From sequence record NC_031934.1: DNA of 64,000 nt; one strand, written 5' to 3'. Shown here piece after piece: positions 41,191 to 52,977 of the stretch. This DNA is from Escherichia phage MX01. Position 1 is the stretch's first letter. The number at the start of each line of letters is the position of its first letter. The notes under the pieces are model-generated. The model did not search any database. It saw only the letters and a list, made by a program, of their open reading frames with translations, and was not told the DNA's origin. A program made the translations under genes and the position numbers.

Positions 41191-41481
41191 TCATTTGCAC
41201 TTCTCCTCTTTTAGTCCGGAACGATAATAACATAACATAGATTTCTGGTCTTGTACATATCTTTTTACGTCATTCAACCAAATACGATGTTCTTGGGAAT
41301 CTTCAAATGGCATTCCAACCCAAGCTTTACCATCGATTACCTTAACCTGCCATTTAACATTATGTTTGGCAATAGGTTGTGGCCATGAAGGATGTAGTTG
41401 TTGCTTAGGCACTACAGGGATGTCCTGGGCACATCCAACTAACAAGCCAATAGATAATACTACCACAGATAATTTAATCAT
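41191..41481 (-). CDS. Putative o-spanin (Rz1-like outer membrane lipoprotein)
   Basis: 96 aa; signal peptide with lipobox LLVGC; immediately downstream of i-spanin candidate. Confidence 0.7.
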   Translation of the reverse strand: MIKLSVVVLSIGLLVGCAQDIPVVPKQQLHPSWPQPIAKHNVKWQVKVIDGKAWVGMPFEDSQEHRIWLNDVKRYVQDQKSMLCYYRSGLKEEKCK

Positions 41482-41831
41482 TCTGTAATGCTCCTGAAGT
41501 CTTCTGTAAAGGAATCGAAGGACTTGTTGATTTGTTTTTCGACCAATCCTGGCTTACTTGCCACCACGTGCGCCTTCTTCGAATCTTTACGGAGCTTTTC
41601 ATTTTCTACCTTAATTTTATCCATTCGGGCATTCATTTCAGTAGTACGGAATTCAATATCAGAGTATTGGCCACGTAGGTCATCTACGGCTTCGGCATTC
41701 TGTTTGGCCGTTTGCTGGGTTGTTTTCAGTTCTTCAGTAAGGGTATCAATACGGCTTGATTGATACGAAATAAAACCGTAAGCACCTACTGCAATGGCTC
41801 CAGCTAAAAGGTAAATACTTAATTTAGACAT
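41478..41831 (-). CDS. Putative i-spanin (Rz-like)
   Basis: 117 aa; N-terminal transmembrane helix (IYLLAGAIAVGAYGFI) followed by coiled-coil-like periplasmic region. Confidence 0.7.
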   Translation of the reverse strand: MSKLSIYLLAGAIAVGAYGFISYQSSRIDTLTEELKTTQQTAKQNAEAVDDLRGQYSDIEFRTTEMNARMDKIKVENEKLRKDSKKAHVVASKPGLVEKQINKSFDSFTEDFRSITE

Positions 41832-42319
41832 TTGGTAATAATCTCGATGATGTCATCACGTGACAGGGAATTAATAAGAACCGTTTTAGGATTTTCGCAC
41901 TGAATTTTGTACGTTTCGAACATAAAACACAATTCTTCAGCGGTATGGTAAGGACTTGAAATGCCAAGGCGATTAAACTTGTCGCTTAATGGGTCACAAA
42001 TCAAATAGAAAGTGATGCCTGAGATTTTGACATTAGGTTGACTAATATTAATGAACACCTCGGCATCATACTTGGAAAGGTTGTTTTGGAGAAACTCAAC
42101 CATAGAGTTGACGGCTTCAGGCATGGCTTCACGCTTTTCTTCTGCATAACGGGTAGAGTATTCTTTTTGCTTGATTTTCTTTTTAGCATTTTTAGCTAAA
42201 GTGACACGAAGATCGGTCAGGTAACCTACTGCACGAGAACCTTTAAAAACTTGGATGCCGTCAGTAGAGTCACCAAAAGCCTTAACAACCATTTCGTTAG
42301 TAATCATTTGCATATTCAT
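41819..42319 (-). CDS. alc: Alc-like protein (assigned by position and size)
   Basis: 166 aa (T4 Alc 167 aa) between spanins and rnlA; early promoter in inverted repeat upstream. Confidence 0.5.
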   Translation of the reverse strand: MNMQMITNEMVVKAFGDSTDGIQVFKGSRAVGYLTDLRVTLAKNAKKKIKQKEYSTRYAEEKREAMPEAVNSMVEFLQNNLSKYDAEVFINISQPNVKISGITFYLICDPLSDKFNRLGISSPYHTAEELCFMFETYKIQCENPKTVLINSLSRDDIIEIITKCLN

Positions 42320-42327
42320 TTTGTTTT

Positions 42328-42370
42328 CTCCTCATTAGTTGGTAAGTCTATACTAACACGTCATGAGGAG
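42328..42370 (-). promoter_or_regulatory. Early promoter for alc-like gene with 8-bp inverted repeat CTCCTCAT/ATGAGGAG; downstream arm contains the RBS
   Basis: Minus-strand GTTTAC ... TAGTAT; inverted repeat arms at 42328-42335 and 42363-42370. Confidence 0.55.
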
Positions 42371-42377
42371 ATGTAAA

Positions 42378-43526
42378 CTACTCTACCACAATTTCTTTCA
42401 AATATTTTTCAGGGATTTGGGCCTTATGATTTTTCAAGAACACAGAGTTAATCTGGTCCATGACCGTATCATAATTAATACCGCCTACGTACGCCTGCAT
42501 AAGAATAGAGAACAACCCTGGGAAGTCCTTAAGGATTAATTGACCTGTAACGGCATAGTCTTTACGGTCACGTCCCTTGAGTTGGGAATATGCTGCTTCC
42601 AACAAAGCCAATGATTGTTCTAGGTAATCTAAATGGATACGTTCGAAGGCATCGATTTTCTCGATAGCAAACGAATCCGTACTGAACAGACCACGAAGGT
42701 CATCAGTTCCGCCAGCCACTACAACTTCAAACAAACGTTCGTTATTGTTAATGGAATCTTTGGTATGATGCAGTGCACTGTACCATGCAGTTTTGAGTTT
42801 AAAGAACGTACCATCTTTAAGTACAAAGATGAAACCTTCAATACCCTCTTGTTTACGGATGTTTTCTACGAAATCACCCTCAGAGAGGTCATAGCTTTCA
42901 ACCAAATGCTTACGCAGGGCGCCATCTTTAAACAATTCAGCATACGGAATATATTCACCCGTTTCATTATTACGAACGTTTAACAGGATGAGGTTTGTTT
43001 CTTGGTAAGCCAACACGATACGGTTGGTAGGTGCAACATATTCAAGGTTGCAGGTATACCCGGCTTTGGTGATTTCTTCTAGACGTGCGGCAAAAGCCTC
43101 GTTCTCAGGGAGACGAAGGAAACGTAAAGAATCATGCACCATTGATGAATGGATAGAGCCTTTAGATTTAACAGAAAGATACTGACGGTCCATGAATGTA
43201 GAAATCAGAGAACCATCTTCCTTAGCCATTACGAGGTCGATATTTTCCGGCGACAAATCTAGACCGATAGTCATAGGGTTTTCGTCAAGGTTAAAGAACT
43301 TTTGCATAGGACGAGCAGCAATACGTACTGGACCTTTCTCGTCCATTTCAAACATAATGCCTCGACACTCTAGTGCGCCGTCTTCCAACCAATCACTGTA
43401 CGATGCATAGTTATAACTAAAGATGCGATAGTTGACTCCTAGCGCACTCTGAAAGTCTTTAAAGAAGAACTTAGATTTAGTCGAGTTTTTAACCAGGGCC
43501 ATTAAGTTATCATATAATTCAATCAT
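42378..43526 (-). CDS. rnlA: RNA ligase 1
   Basis: 382 aa; YRIFSYNYASYSDWLEDGALECRGIMFEMD matches T4 Rnl1. Confidence 0.95.
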   Translation of the reverse strand: MIELYDNLMALVKNSTKSKFFFKDFQSALGVNYRIFSYNYASYSDWLEDGALECRGIMFEMDEKGPVRIAARPMQKFFNLDENPMTIGLDLSPENIDLVMAKEDGSLISTFMDRQYLSVKSKGSIHSSMVHDSLRFLRLPENEAFAARLEEITKAGYTCNLEYVAPTNRIVLAYQETNLILLNVRNNETGEYIPYAELFKDGALRKHLVESYDLSEGDFVENIRKQEGIEGFIFVLKDGTFFKLKTAWYSALHHTKDSINNNERLFEVVVAGGTDDLRGLFSTDSFAIEKIDAFERIHLDYLEQSLALLEAAYSQLKGRDRKDYAVTGQLILKDFPGLFSILMQAYVGGINYDTVMDQINSVFLKNHKAQIPEKYLKEIVVE

Positions 43527-43529
43527 TGC

Positions 43530-43967
43530 TTATCCTTTTAATCGGTGTTGGGTATTCCAAGGTGGATTAAATTTCTTTATGAACATTGGCTCTTCAAGAG
43601 ACATGGTCTCAACCGACATAGTTCCAAGTTCGTTAGTCATCGACAGATTAAAGCACTGCCGTGCATAGAACTCTACCTTTTTACCTGCCATTAATGCTTC
43701 ATGAATCAGAATGGACTTGGTCGAATCCGACGTTTGGTCCTTACGATTAATAGCGGTTCGGTAGTAGTTGATGCGCTTACGAAGATTTTTAGTCTTCCCA
43801 ATGTAGACTAGTATATCATCAACCGCTATAGCATATATGACATTTTGTTTATTTGGTACTGTGAGTGGAGCTATGGTGGCGTCATCTTGGAGTTCTAGGG
43901 TGACGTACTTGATAAAGCTAAATTCGTCTGCGATTTCTTTCATAGCAATAAGGGGCCGAAGCCCCAT
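43530..43967 (-). CDS. denA: Endonuclease II (GIY-YIG family)
   Basis: 145 aa; VIYAIAVDDILVYIGKT GIY-YIG-like motif; position between rnlA and nrdB. Confidence 0.8.
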   Translation of the reverse strand: MGLRPLIAMKEIADEFSFIKYVTLELQDDATIAPLTVPNKQNVIYAIAVDDILVYIGKTKNLRKRINYYRTAINRKDQTSDSTKSILIHEALMAGKKVEFYARQCFNLSMTNELGTMSVETMSLEEPMFIKKFNPPWNTQHRLKG

Positions 43968-43970
43968 TCC

Positions 43971-45179
43971 TTAAAAATATTTCTTGTACGATGCCATTAC
44001 TTTTTCATCGACATCGTTATCAATTTGTGCTACAAGGTAAGAACTGATTTCCACTTCCTGAGGAGCAGCCTGTACAGCATCAGAGTTCAGGTATTCACGA
44101 ATCCAAGGATACGGATGGCGGGCAGGGGCATCAGTAATAGGACATGGTAAGCCACATTGCTTCATACGAGAAACTGTCAGGTAATCGACAAAAGCACCCA
44201 TGTTCTGAGTATTTAATCCAGGGCAAGTACCGTCTTTGAACAGGTGAGCGGCCCATTCTTTTTCTTGTCGGTTAACTTCCATGAAAATATCAACTGCTTC
44301 TTGTTCGCACTCTTGGGCAATTTTAACCCATTCGTCGCCATCAGTACCAAGTTGAAGCTGACGAATAATGTACTGAGTACCCTTGAGGTGGAGCTGTTCA
44401 TCACGTGCAATGAACTTCATAATCTTGGCATTACCTTCCATTATTTCCATGTTTTTGTGGAAGTTAAAGGTACATGCGAAAGATACGTAAAAACGAATAG
44501 CTTCCAATGCGTTGATTACATGAAGGCAAAGGTAAAGGGATTTCATTAGCTCACGCTTCCAATACATCTCATGCTCAATAGCATCTTCAATATCGTCTTC
44601 GTCTGCATTAATTTCTTTTTGGTATTCGATATCAGCTTTAGCATTCTGCCAATAGCGAGTTTTCTCAATAACGTCGTCGTAATAACGACCAATAGATTCA
44701 GCACGTTTCATGATAGCGTCATCTAACAGAATTTCATCAAATACCTTTGACGGGTCTGTATAGAGGTTACGCATGATATGGGTATATGAACGAGAGTGAA
44801 TAGTCTCACTAAAGGTCCATGTAGCCACCCATGTATCAAGGCTAGGGTCTGAAATCAAGGCTTGGAGTGCAGCAGAAGGAGCACGTCCCTGGATACTATC
44901 CAGAAGTGATTGATACTTCAGGTTATTGGTAAAAATATTTTGTTGGAACTGTGGAAGCTTATTAAATTGAGCGCCGTCCATCATCAAGTTAACTTCCTCG
45001 GGTCTCCAAAAAAATCCGAGTTGCTTTTCACAGAGTTCTTCAAATACTTTATGGCGCTGGATGTCATAACGGGCCAATCCTAATCCTGAACCAAAGAACA
45101 TCGGTTCGGCTAAAACATCAACTGGGGTGGTATTAAAAACTGTAGACATGTTATTCTCATTTGTTAGTGACTCATCCAT
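43971..45179 (-). CDS. nrdB: Ribonucleotide reductase small subunit, uninterrupted
   Basis: 402 aa contiguous ORF of class Ia R2 type; position. Confidence 0.93.
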   Translation of the reverse strand: MDESLTNENNMSTVFNTTPVDVLAEPMFFGSGLGLARYDIQRHKVFEELCEKQLGFFWRPEEVNLMMDGAQFNKLPQFQQNIFTNNLKYQSLLDSIQGRAPSAALQALISDPSLDTWVATWTFSETIHSRSYTHIMRNLYTDPSKVFDEILLDDAIMKRAESIGRYYDDVIEKTRYWQNAKADIEYQKEINADEDDIEDAIEHEMYWKRELMKSLYLCLHVINALEAIRFYVSFACTFNFHKNMEIMEGNAKIMKFIARDEQLHLKGTQYIIRQLQLGTDGDEWVKIAQECEQEAVDIFMEVNRQEKEWAAHLFKDGTCPGLNTQNMGAFVDYLTVSRMKQCGLPCPITDAPARHPYPWIREYLNSDAVQAAPQEVEISSYLVAQIDNDVDEKVMASYKKYF

Positions 45180-45202
45180 GAGTCAATTATAATCAGATTT
45201 TA

Positions 45203-47458
45203 TTAAAGCTTACAAGCTGCACAATCGTCGGCTTTAGGAGTTTCGATTTCATAGTCATCAGTACCAGAGCCATCACGGGTATTATGATAGTAAAGGTTCT
45301 TACCACCGTAGTACCAGAAATACAGCAGGTCATCAAGCATTACCGACATCGGAACTTTTCCTTTTGGAAAAATCTGTGGGTCATAATATGTATTCGCTGA
45401 TGCCGATTGACACACCCATTTCAACGCTATTGCCACTTGGGTAAGATAAGGTTTATTACCTTTCTTAGCAAGAGACCAAGCATAATCGTAGAGCCCTTGG
45501 TTATGTTCTACATTAGGAACTACCTGACGGAAGTTACCTTCTTTAGATTCTTTAATACTTACCGGACCACGTGGAGGTTCGATACCGTTTGTAGAGTTGG
45601 AAACCTGGCTGCTTGATTCACACGGCATAAGTGCTGATAATGTGCTATTACGGATGCCATGTTTAGCCAAGTCTTCCCGCAACGACGTCCAGTCACAAAC
45701 ATAGTTAGGGGCTGCGATTTGGTCAATCTTTTTATTGTACCAGTCGATAGGTAATTCGCCTCGAGACCATTTAGTGTCTGAATAATACTCGCAATGTCCT
45801 TTTTCTTCGGCCAGCTTGATGGATGCTCGGATAAGTCCATATTGTAATCTCTCAAACAGTTCGTGAGTTAAATCGTTAGCGTCTTCATAAGAAGCAAAGT
45901 TGCTTGCCAACCAAGCAGCGTAGTTCGTAACACCAACACCCAGGTTACGACGTTTCTTAGCCTTCAGAGCTTCAGGAACAGGATAATCTTGATAGTCCAA
46001 CAGGTTATCAAGTGCACGTACTTGTACTTCAGCCAGCTCGTTGATTTTGTCTTGGTCCTGCCAATCGAAGTTATCCAATACGAATGCAGACAACGTACAC
46101 AAACCAATTTCAGCGTCAGGACTATTCACGTCAGTAGTCGGGATAGCAATTTCACAACACAAGTTGCTCTGACGAATAGGAGCTTTTTCACGAATAAATG
46201 GTGTGAAGTTGTTAGTGTTATCAACGAACTGAGGATAAATTCGTGCAGTGCCTGAACGTTCAGTCATGAACAATTCAAAAAGGTCACGTGCCTTAATACG
46301 TTTCTTACGAATACTAGGGTCTTTTTCTGCGGCTTCATACAATTCACGGAAACGGTCTTGGTCTTCGAAATAAGAATAATAAAGCTCACCACTCATTTCA
46401 TGAGGACTAAACAGGGTAATATAATCATTTTTACCGAAACGTTCCATCATCAGGTCGTTCAACTGGATTCCGTAGTCCATATGACGAATACGGTTCTCAT
46501 CGACACCCTTGTTGTTTTTCAGAACGAGCAGATTTTCAACTTCCAAATGCCAAATAGGATAATAAGCAGTAGCAGCGCCGCCACGGATTCCACCTTGTGA
46601 ACATGATTTAACAGCAGTCTGGAAATGTTTCCAGAATGGAATAACACCGGTATGCTTGACTTCGCCCATGCCAATACGAGAACCTTCAGCACGAATCATA
46701 CCAACGTTGATACCAATACCTGCACGTTTAGAAATGTATTCAATTATTGAGTTAGCAGTTTTGTTAATAGATTTCAGCGAGTCGCCGGCTTCAATAACCA
46801 CACAAGAACTAAATTGACGGGTTGGTGTACGTGCTCCAGCCATAATAGGAGTAGGCAATGAAACCTGACGAGTACTTACAGCATCATAAAAACGAATAAT
46901 ATGTGCTAAACGATTACCTGGCTCTTCTTGGTGCAACGCCATACCAATACACATAATAGCGAACTGAGGAGTTTCGTAGATTTTACCGGTTGTTTTATCT
47001 TTAACCAGATATTTCTCTTTCAGCTGCATTGCGCCGGCGTAGGTCAATTCAAAGTCACGTTCATGCTTGATATGAGATTCTAAGAAAGTAATTTCTTCTG
47101 CAGAATATCGAGACAACAATTCAGGGTCATATTTACCTTCGTTAACACAATAGGAAATATGGTCGATAAAACTACGCGGTTCAAACTGGCCGTAAACTTC
47201 TTTACGAAGAGCAAACATCAATTGCTTTGCGGCAACATACTGATAGTCAGGTTCTTCAACCGAGATAAGGTTGGCTGCTACCTTAACAGTCAGATTCTGG
47301 ATATCTTTGGTAGTCATACCGTCACGAAGATGAGATTTGATTTCTTCGTATAATTCATAGGGGTCGATTTGGGTTCCTTCACAGCCCCAAGTCAGAACTT
47401 TAATAATTTTTTGTGCGTCAAAATCTTGGGATACACCACTACTTTTTTGTACTTGCAT
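45203..47458 (-). CDS. nrdA: Ribonucleotide reductase large subunit
   Basis: 751 aa (T4 NrdA 754 aa); class Ia R1. Confidence 0.96.
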   Translation of the reverse strand: MQVQKSSGVSQDFDAQKIIKVLTWGCEGTQIDPYELYEEIKSHLRDGMTTKDIQNLTVKVAANLISVEEPDYQYVAAKQLMFALRKEVYGQFEPRSFIDHISYCVNEGKYDPELLSRYSAEEITFLESHIKHERDFELTYAGAMQLKEKYLVKDKTTGKIYETPQFAIMCIGMALHQEEPGNRLAHIIRFYDAVSTRQVSLPTPIMAGARTPTRQFSSCVVIEAGDSLKSINKTANSIIEYISKRAGIGINVGMIRAEGSRIGMGEVKHTGVIPFWKHFQTAVKSCSQGGIRGGAATAYYPIWHLEVENLLVLKNNKGVDENRIRHMDYGIQLNDLMMERFGKNDYITLFSPHEMSGELYYSYFEDQDRFRELYEAAEKDPSIRKKRIKARDLFELFMTERSGTARIYPQFVDNTNNFTPFIREKAPIRQSNLCCEIAIPTTDVNSPDAEIGLCTLSAFVLDNFDWQDQDKINELAEVQVRALDNLLDYQDYPVPEALKAKKRRNLGVGVTNYAAWLASNFASYEDANDLTHELFERLQYGLIRASIKLAEEKGHCEYYSDTKWSRGELPIDWYNKKIDQIAAPNYVCDWTSLREDLAKHGIRNSTLSALMPCESSSQVSNSTNGIEPPRGPVSIKESKEGNFRQVVPNVEHNQGLYDYAWSLAKKGNKPYLTQVAIALKWVCQSASANTYYDPQIFPKGKVPMSVMLDDLLYFWYYGGKNLYYHNTRDGSGTDDYEIETPKADDCAACKL

Positions 47459-47586
47459 AATTTCCTCAATATGTTAGGTTCTACAATTATTCTATCATAG
47501 AACCTGTTAAGCATGGACTGATATTTATAGAATGAAATTCAGTCCGACCATAATAACCAAAAACAGAGTACAGATTATTTGAATTT

Positions 47587-49272
<1,686 letters not shown>

Positions 49273-49279
49273 TTTATTC

Positions 49280-49320
49280 TCCTTAGTTGATAAGGCTATA
49301 GTATCACTACCATAGCCTGG
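49280..49320 (-). promoter_or_regulatory. Early promoter cassette (GTTTAC-N18-TACTAT) with inverted repeat AGGCTAT/ATAGCCT
   Basis: Arms at 49293-49299 and 49312-49318 flank the -10. Confidence 0.55.
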
Positions 49321-49327
49321 TGTAAAC

Positions 49328-49573
49328 TTATTTTTGAATTAAGCCCATATAAAATTTAGCGTCTTCCGGGTGCATACCGTCACAATACTCGTAAGCCATA
49401 AAGCGGGTAAGGTCTTCAAGAGGACCTTGGACTTCAATTTGCATACTACAGAATTGAGTATCTTTAATATGGGTCATAACTAAAGAAGGATAACGATTAC
49501 GGATAACTTCGTAAGTGTATTCAAAATCAACGATATCAATATTAACCTTAGCCATTTTATTTTCCTCACTCAT
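49328..49573 (-). CDS. Hypothetical protein (frd.x slot)
   Basis: 81 aa; early promoter cassette upstream. Confidence 0.5.
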   Translation of the reverse strand: MSEENKMAKVNIDIVDFEYTYEVIRNRYPSLVMTHIKDTQFCSMQIEVQGPLEDLTRFMAYEYCDGMHPEDAKFYMGLIQK

Positions 49574-49574
49574 T

Positions 49575-49620
49575 AGTTGATAGGTCTATAGTATCATGTT
49601 TAAAGGCGTTGTAAACATTT
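49575..49620 (-). promoter_or_regulatory. Early promoter cassette, near-identical to copy at 50290-50335
   Basis: Shared about 60-nt sequence TTAGTTGATAGGTCTATAGTATCATGTTTAAAGG..TTGTAAAC (plus strand). Confidence 0.55.
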
Positions 49621-49879
49621 ATTTTTGAATTTTATCAAGCCATTTACCAAGTTTAATCATTTCTTTGGTAGCTTTTTCCATACTTCTAAATTTAACCAGT
49701 AAAGGTTGGGCATCAACACCCATAACTAAGGTGGTTACAAGACTATGTTCACCTACAAGCCATAATGAATAAGTTTGGATATCGAGCCCGTAATTTCGGT
49801 CTTTATGAACTCGTACACCCATCACTTCAAATTTCTCACTGGCTTTTTCTACTGCATCCAGGAAATCATCTTTAGTCAT
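49619..49879 (-). CDS. Hypothetical protein (frd.x slot; start at internal ATG)
   Basis: 86 aa from MTKDDFLDAV; upstream gene stop 1 nt away. Confidence 0.45.
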   Translation of the reverse strand: MTKDDFLDAVEKASEKFEVMGVRVHKDRNYGLDIQTYSLWLVGEHSLVTTLVMGVDAQPLLVKFRSMEKATKEMIKLGKWLDKIQK

Positions 49880-49880
49880 A

Positions 49881-50270
49881 TTAGGCCTTAAAAGTTTTTT
49901 GCAAAAGTTCAATGATTTGGTCAACGTTCTGTTCGGTGACAATGCAATGGATTTGAGTCACACCGGCCTTAGCAATAGGCTCATCGATTTCTTTATCTTC
50001 CACAACATATTCACAGAAGCAATAGAACTCATCTTCATGCAACTCAAAATAATTTGGCACCAACCCAAATGCATTATAAATCTCGCCGTTAGCACATTCG
50101 ATTTCAGTCACAAATTTGTCGCCATCCATAGTCAACATATCCTTTACTTCAAACCAACCTCCGTTGTCTTGGATAAGGTCGACCATGCTTTTATTATTTT
50201 CATATTCGTCCATTTCAATAAAGTCTTTAATGCATTCAGGACGAAGTTCATAAGTTTTACCGATTTCCAT
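49881..50270 (-). CDS. Hypothetical acidic protein (frd.x slot)
   Basis: 129 aa; early promoter cassette upstream. Confidence 0.5.
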   Translation of the reverse strand: MEIGKTYELRPECIKDFIEMDEYENNKSMVDLIQDNGGWFEVKDMLTMDGDKFVTEIECANGEIYNAFGLVPNYFELHEDEFYCFCEYVVEDKEIDEPIAKAGVTQIHCIVTEQNVDQIIELLQKTFKA

Positions 50271-50289
50271 TTTATTTCCTCATCTATTA

Positions 50290-50335
50290 GTTGATAGGTC
50301 TATAGTATCATGTTTAAAGGTATTGTAAACCATTA
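50290..50335 (-). promoter_or_regulatory. Early promoter cassette, near-identical to copy at 49575-49620
   Basis: Same GTTTACAA-N-TACTATAGACCTATCAACTAAT core on minus strand. Confidence 0.55.
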
Positions 50336-50346
50336 AATGCCAAAAA

Positions 50347-50366
50347 GGGAAGACCGAAGTCTTCCC
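50347..50366 (-). terminator. Terminator hairpin downstream of gene 32 (GGGAAGAC-CGAA-GTCTTCCC)
   Basis: 8-bp stem with tetraloop, followed by T5 on the minus strand. Confidence 0.8.
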
Positions 50367-50382
50367 ATTATAAATCAATAAC

Positions 50383-51294
50383 TTATAGACCCGCTAACAG
50401 GTCGTCCAGACCATCGTCATCAGAAGGACTTACTGACGGCTCAGGAGTAGTGGAACGAGTCGGTGTAGATGGTTTGGAGTCATATGCATCAAGGTCTGCA
50501 CTGAATGCGTCCAGGTCATCACCAATCTTATCAGCGGCTGCAGAAGCTTTAGCGGCAGCACCACCAAGAGCAGCTGTACCAACAACTTTCTTAAACTTAG
50601 CTTCGTTAGTTTCGAATGATTTGAAATCGAGCAGTTTAGAAAGGTCGTGCATTTCTTCCATCAATTTAGCTTGGTAAGCTTCATCATTGATGTTAGGAAT
50701 TTCAGACTGACCCATGAATTTGGAATCGTCGTAGTTCTTGAAGTCGCCAACTTTCTTAGATTTCAGTACGAAGTTCGCACCATCAAACGGACATGTTACG
50801 TCAACCGGCACTTCACCAATATCAGTATCAACTTCAACCATCTGGTTGATTTTATCCATAATTTTCTGACCGAAACGGAATTTAAACACTTTACCTTCGT
50901 TAGCAGGCACTGCACTGTCCTTAATAACAAGGATGTTAGCCCAGAAGGAAGTTTTACGTTTCATCAGTTTGTATTCGGCATTATTAGTATTAAAGGTATC
51001 ATTCTGGTTCATGTATTTACATACAGGACATGAATCGAAATCACCATGAGTAGACGTACATGATTCGATATACCACTGACCATTTTTCTTAAAACCATGG
51101 TTAACAAGCTTAATGAATGGGGATGGATTAGCTTCGTTTTTCGAAGGAAGGAATCGAATAACTGCGGTTCCTACGCCATTGTCATCTTTCAATTTCCATT
51201 CGGATTTGTCATCAGACGAGAAAGAAGAGCCACCTTTCATTGCAGACAGTTGAGCAGCAAGTTCAGCAGGATTACGGCGTTTAAACATAGACAT
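50383..51294 (-). CDS. 32: Single-stranded DNA-binding protein gp32
   Basis: 303 aa; [12 protein letters not shown]..., RFLPSK, zinc-binding Cys/His region, acidic C-terminal tail; matches T4 gp32. Confidence 0.97.
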   Translation of the reverse strand: MSMFKRRNPAELAAQLSAMKGGSSFSSDDKSEWKLKDDNGVGTAVIRFLPSKNEANPSPFIKLVNHGFKKNGQWYIESCTSTHGDFDSCPVCKYMNQNDTFNTNNAEYKLMKRKTSFWANILVIKDSAVPANEGKVFKFRFGQKIMDKINQMVEVDTDIGEVPVDVTCPFDGANFVLKSKKVGDFKNYDDSKFMGQSEIPNINDEAYQAKLMEEMHDLSKLLDFKSFETNEAKFKKVVGTAALGGAAAKASAAADKIGDDLDAFSADLDAYDSKPSTPTRSTTPEPSVSPSDDDGLDDLLAGL

Positions 51295-51369
51295 ATTATT
51301 TACCTTATTTGATATATTTAATAAATTTATTAACAGTTGTTGTTATCACGTTTACCTTGATAACTAGGT
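51295..51369 (-). promoter_or_regulatory. Putative gp32 autogenous translational operator: unstructured AU-rich leader plus upstream H-type pseudoknot candidate
   Basis: Minus-strand ACCT-a-GTTATCA-AGGT-aaacg-TGATAAC (interleaved stems) followed by about 40 nt of A/U-rich sequence up to the start codon. Confidence 0.5.
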
Positions 51370-51392
51370 TTTGAAGATGAAGTAATTATATA

Positions 51393-52037
51393 TCACTTCG
51401 AATAAAGCATTTTCAACTTAATGAATTCAGGGTCATCATTAGGAACCCAACCCTCATTAAATTGTTTAATCATACTCTTTGATGTAGTTTCACTAACATT
51501 TATACCAGAGTTAATGAGACGCCTCCATCCACAAGCTCTTCCACTAGAATTAATTATACAATAATTAGTATAAGCAATATCACTAAGCATCCAATCTAAA
51601 GGGTTTGCTCTAGAAGTTTTCCAAGGACGGTAATCAGGTTGATTCATATAGTTAGCAGCTTTCATATGGGCTCTAACTTCAGGACGTTTGGCTGGGTGAG
51701 TGCATCCAAAGACTCCAAATCCGCCACCGGCATAAACCAAATTAAAATAATCATCATTATCTCTAGCTTGAACTTCCAATTGTTCTGAACGTTCAATATT
51801 AATAACAATATCAAATGGCGTTATAGCCAAAATTTCAACAATAGGTTTTTCTTCTTCGATGGCCTCTTTAAATCTTGATTGCTCGCAAGAGGTCCAATAC
51901 TCTTTACCTTTACAGTCAATAATCACGCCATTTTCAAAAGTACAATTAGTTTTAGAACCTATGTACGAAAACGGCTTAATATTATTAGCCTGACGATTAA
52001 GCCAAGTCATTTTATAAACTATATTCAAAATTTGCAA
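51393..52037 (-). CDS. Hypothetical protein in the gene 32/59 junction (segG slot)
   Basis: 214 aa; no GIY-YIG/HNH motif recognised; start overlaps gene 59 stop. Confidence 0.5.
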   Translation of the reverse strand: MQILNIVYKMTWLNRQANNIKPFSYIGSKTNCTFENGVIIDCKGKEYWTSCEQSRFKEAIEEEKPIVEILAITPFDIVINIERSEQLEVQARDNDDYFNLVYAGGGFGVFGCTHPAKRPEVRAHMKAANYMNQPDYRPWKTSRANPLDWMLSDIAYTNYCIINSSGRACGWRRLINSGINVSETTSKSMIKQFNEGWVPNDDPEFIKLKMLYSK

Positions 52038-52678
52038 CCCTTAATTGTTTCAATGAACAATTTACGAGCTTCTAAATTATCGATTATAAGAATTTTCTTA
52101 TAAGCATTTAATTTAGTCGAATACTTAGACCATACTAAATCGTTGGTCTGTTCATCATGTTTATCAATTATATCCATAAATGAATCAAGCAAAATAAACG
52201 TTTCGAATGAAATAACATTCGATTGAAGGAGCTTAAAAATATAGCTCGAGTTAACTTTTTTATTATAATCAAAAATTTCAGAAAGCGATTGAACTTCCAC
52301 TTTCTTACTGAAATAATAAATGTTTTTGATATCATCCTCAAAAACTTGTTTTATTCTTTTAAGTCTACCGATATATTCTCGGTAAAAGACTAAGGCGTCA
52401 GCATCACTGATGTCGCCAATCCATGCGTCTTGGTTAGCTACCAAGTTACTCATGAAAATAAGAGCAAGCTCTTTCAAAGTGTATTTATCACTCAATTTCT
52501 CAAAGAAATATTTGTCACGACGTTTTTGGTAAGCCGTATCAGAGATTCGCATGACCCAGTTATATTTTATAACGTCGTATTTGGCATTGAAGTGATGTTT
52601 GAGCATTAAGTATAGTGAATATACGCTCTTACCATTCACCATACGGTTATTGTTTGGTGGCATGCGAATCTTAATCAT
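52025..52678 (-). CDS. 59: gp59 helicase loader
   Basis: 217 aa; near-identical to T4 gp59 as recalled. Confidence 0.95.
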   Translation of the reverse strand: MIKIRMPPNNNRMVNGKSVYSLYLMLKHHFNAKYDVIKYNWVMRISDTAYQKRRDKYFFEKLSDKYTLKELALIFMSNLVANQDAWIGDISDADALVFYREYIGRLKRIKQVFEDDIKNIYYFSKKVEVQSLSEIFDYNKKVNSSYIFKLLQSNVISFETFILLDSFMDIIDKHDEQTNDLVWSKYSTKLNAYKKILIIDNLEARKLFIETIKGCKF

Positions 52679-52977
52679 AACAAGAAATCCAGGGTATTAG
52701 TCTTTTGCGTTCGGGCCATTGAAGGTCGAAGCAAGTTATCATCAATGGCCTCGTTCATAATTTTATCAATAATTCCTGCAGGCAAATAACGAGCAAAGTT
52801 ACCTTCAGGAATGCTGTTCTCTTCCAACCATGCGGTAGCCGCTTCGAGGTAACTACAACCTTCAGCCTCAACAAAGGCCTCAATATCAAGACCATTCTGT
52901 TGTTTGTTTACCAATACATGGACAGGTTCGGAAGCGGTATTAACCGCTCCATCAAAATCATTCAAAGATTGTGTCAT
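52675..52977 (-). CDS. 33: gp33 late transcription co-activator
   Basis: 100 aa; C-terminal ...TNTLDFLL hydrophobic clamp-binding tail; position. Confidence 0.78.
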   Translation of the reverse strand: MTQSLNDFDGAVNTASEPVHVLVNKQQNGLDIEAFVEAEGCSYLEAATAWLEENSIPEGNFARYLPAGIIDKIMNEAIDDNLLRPSMARTQKTNTLDFLL

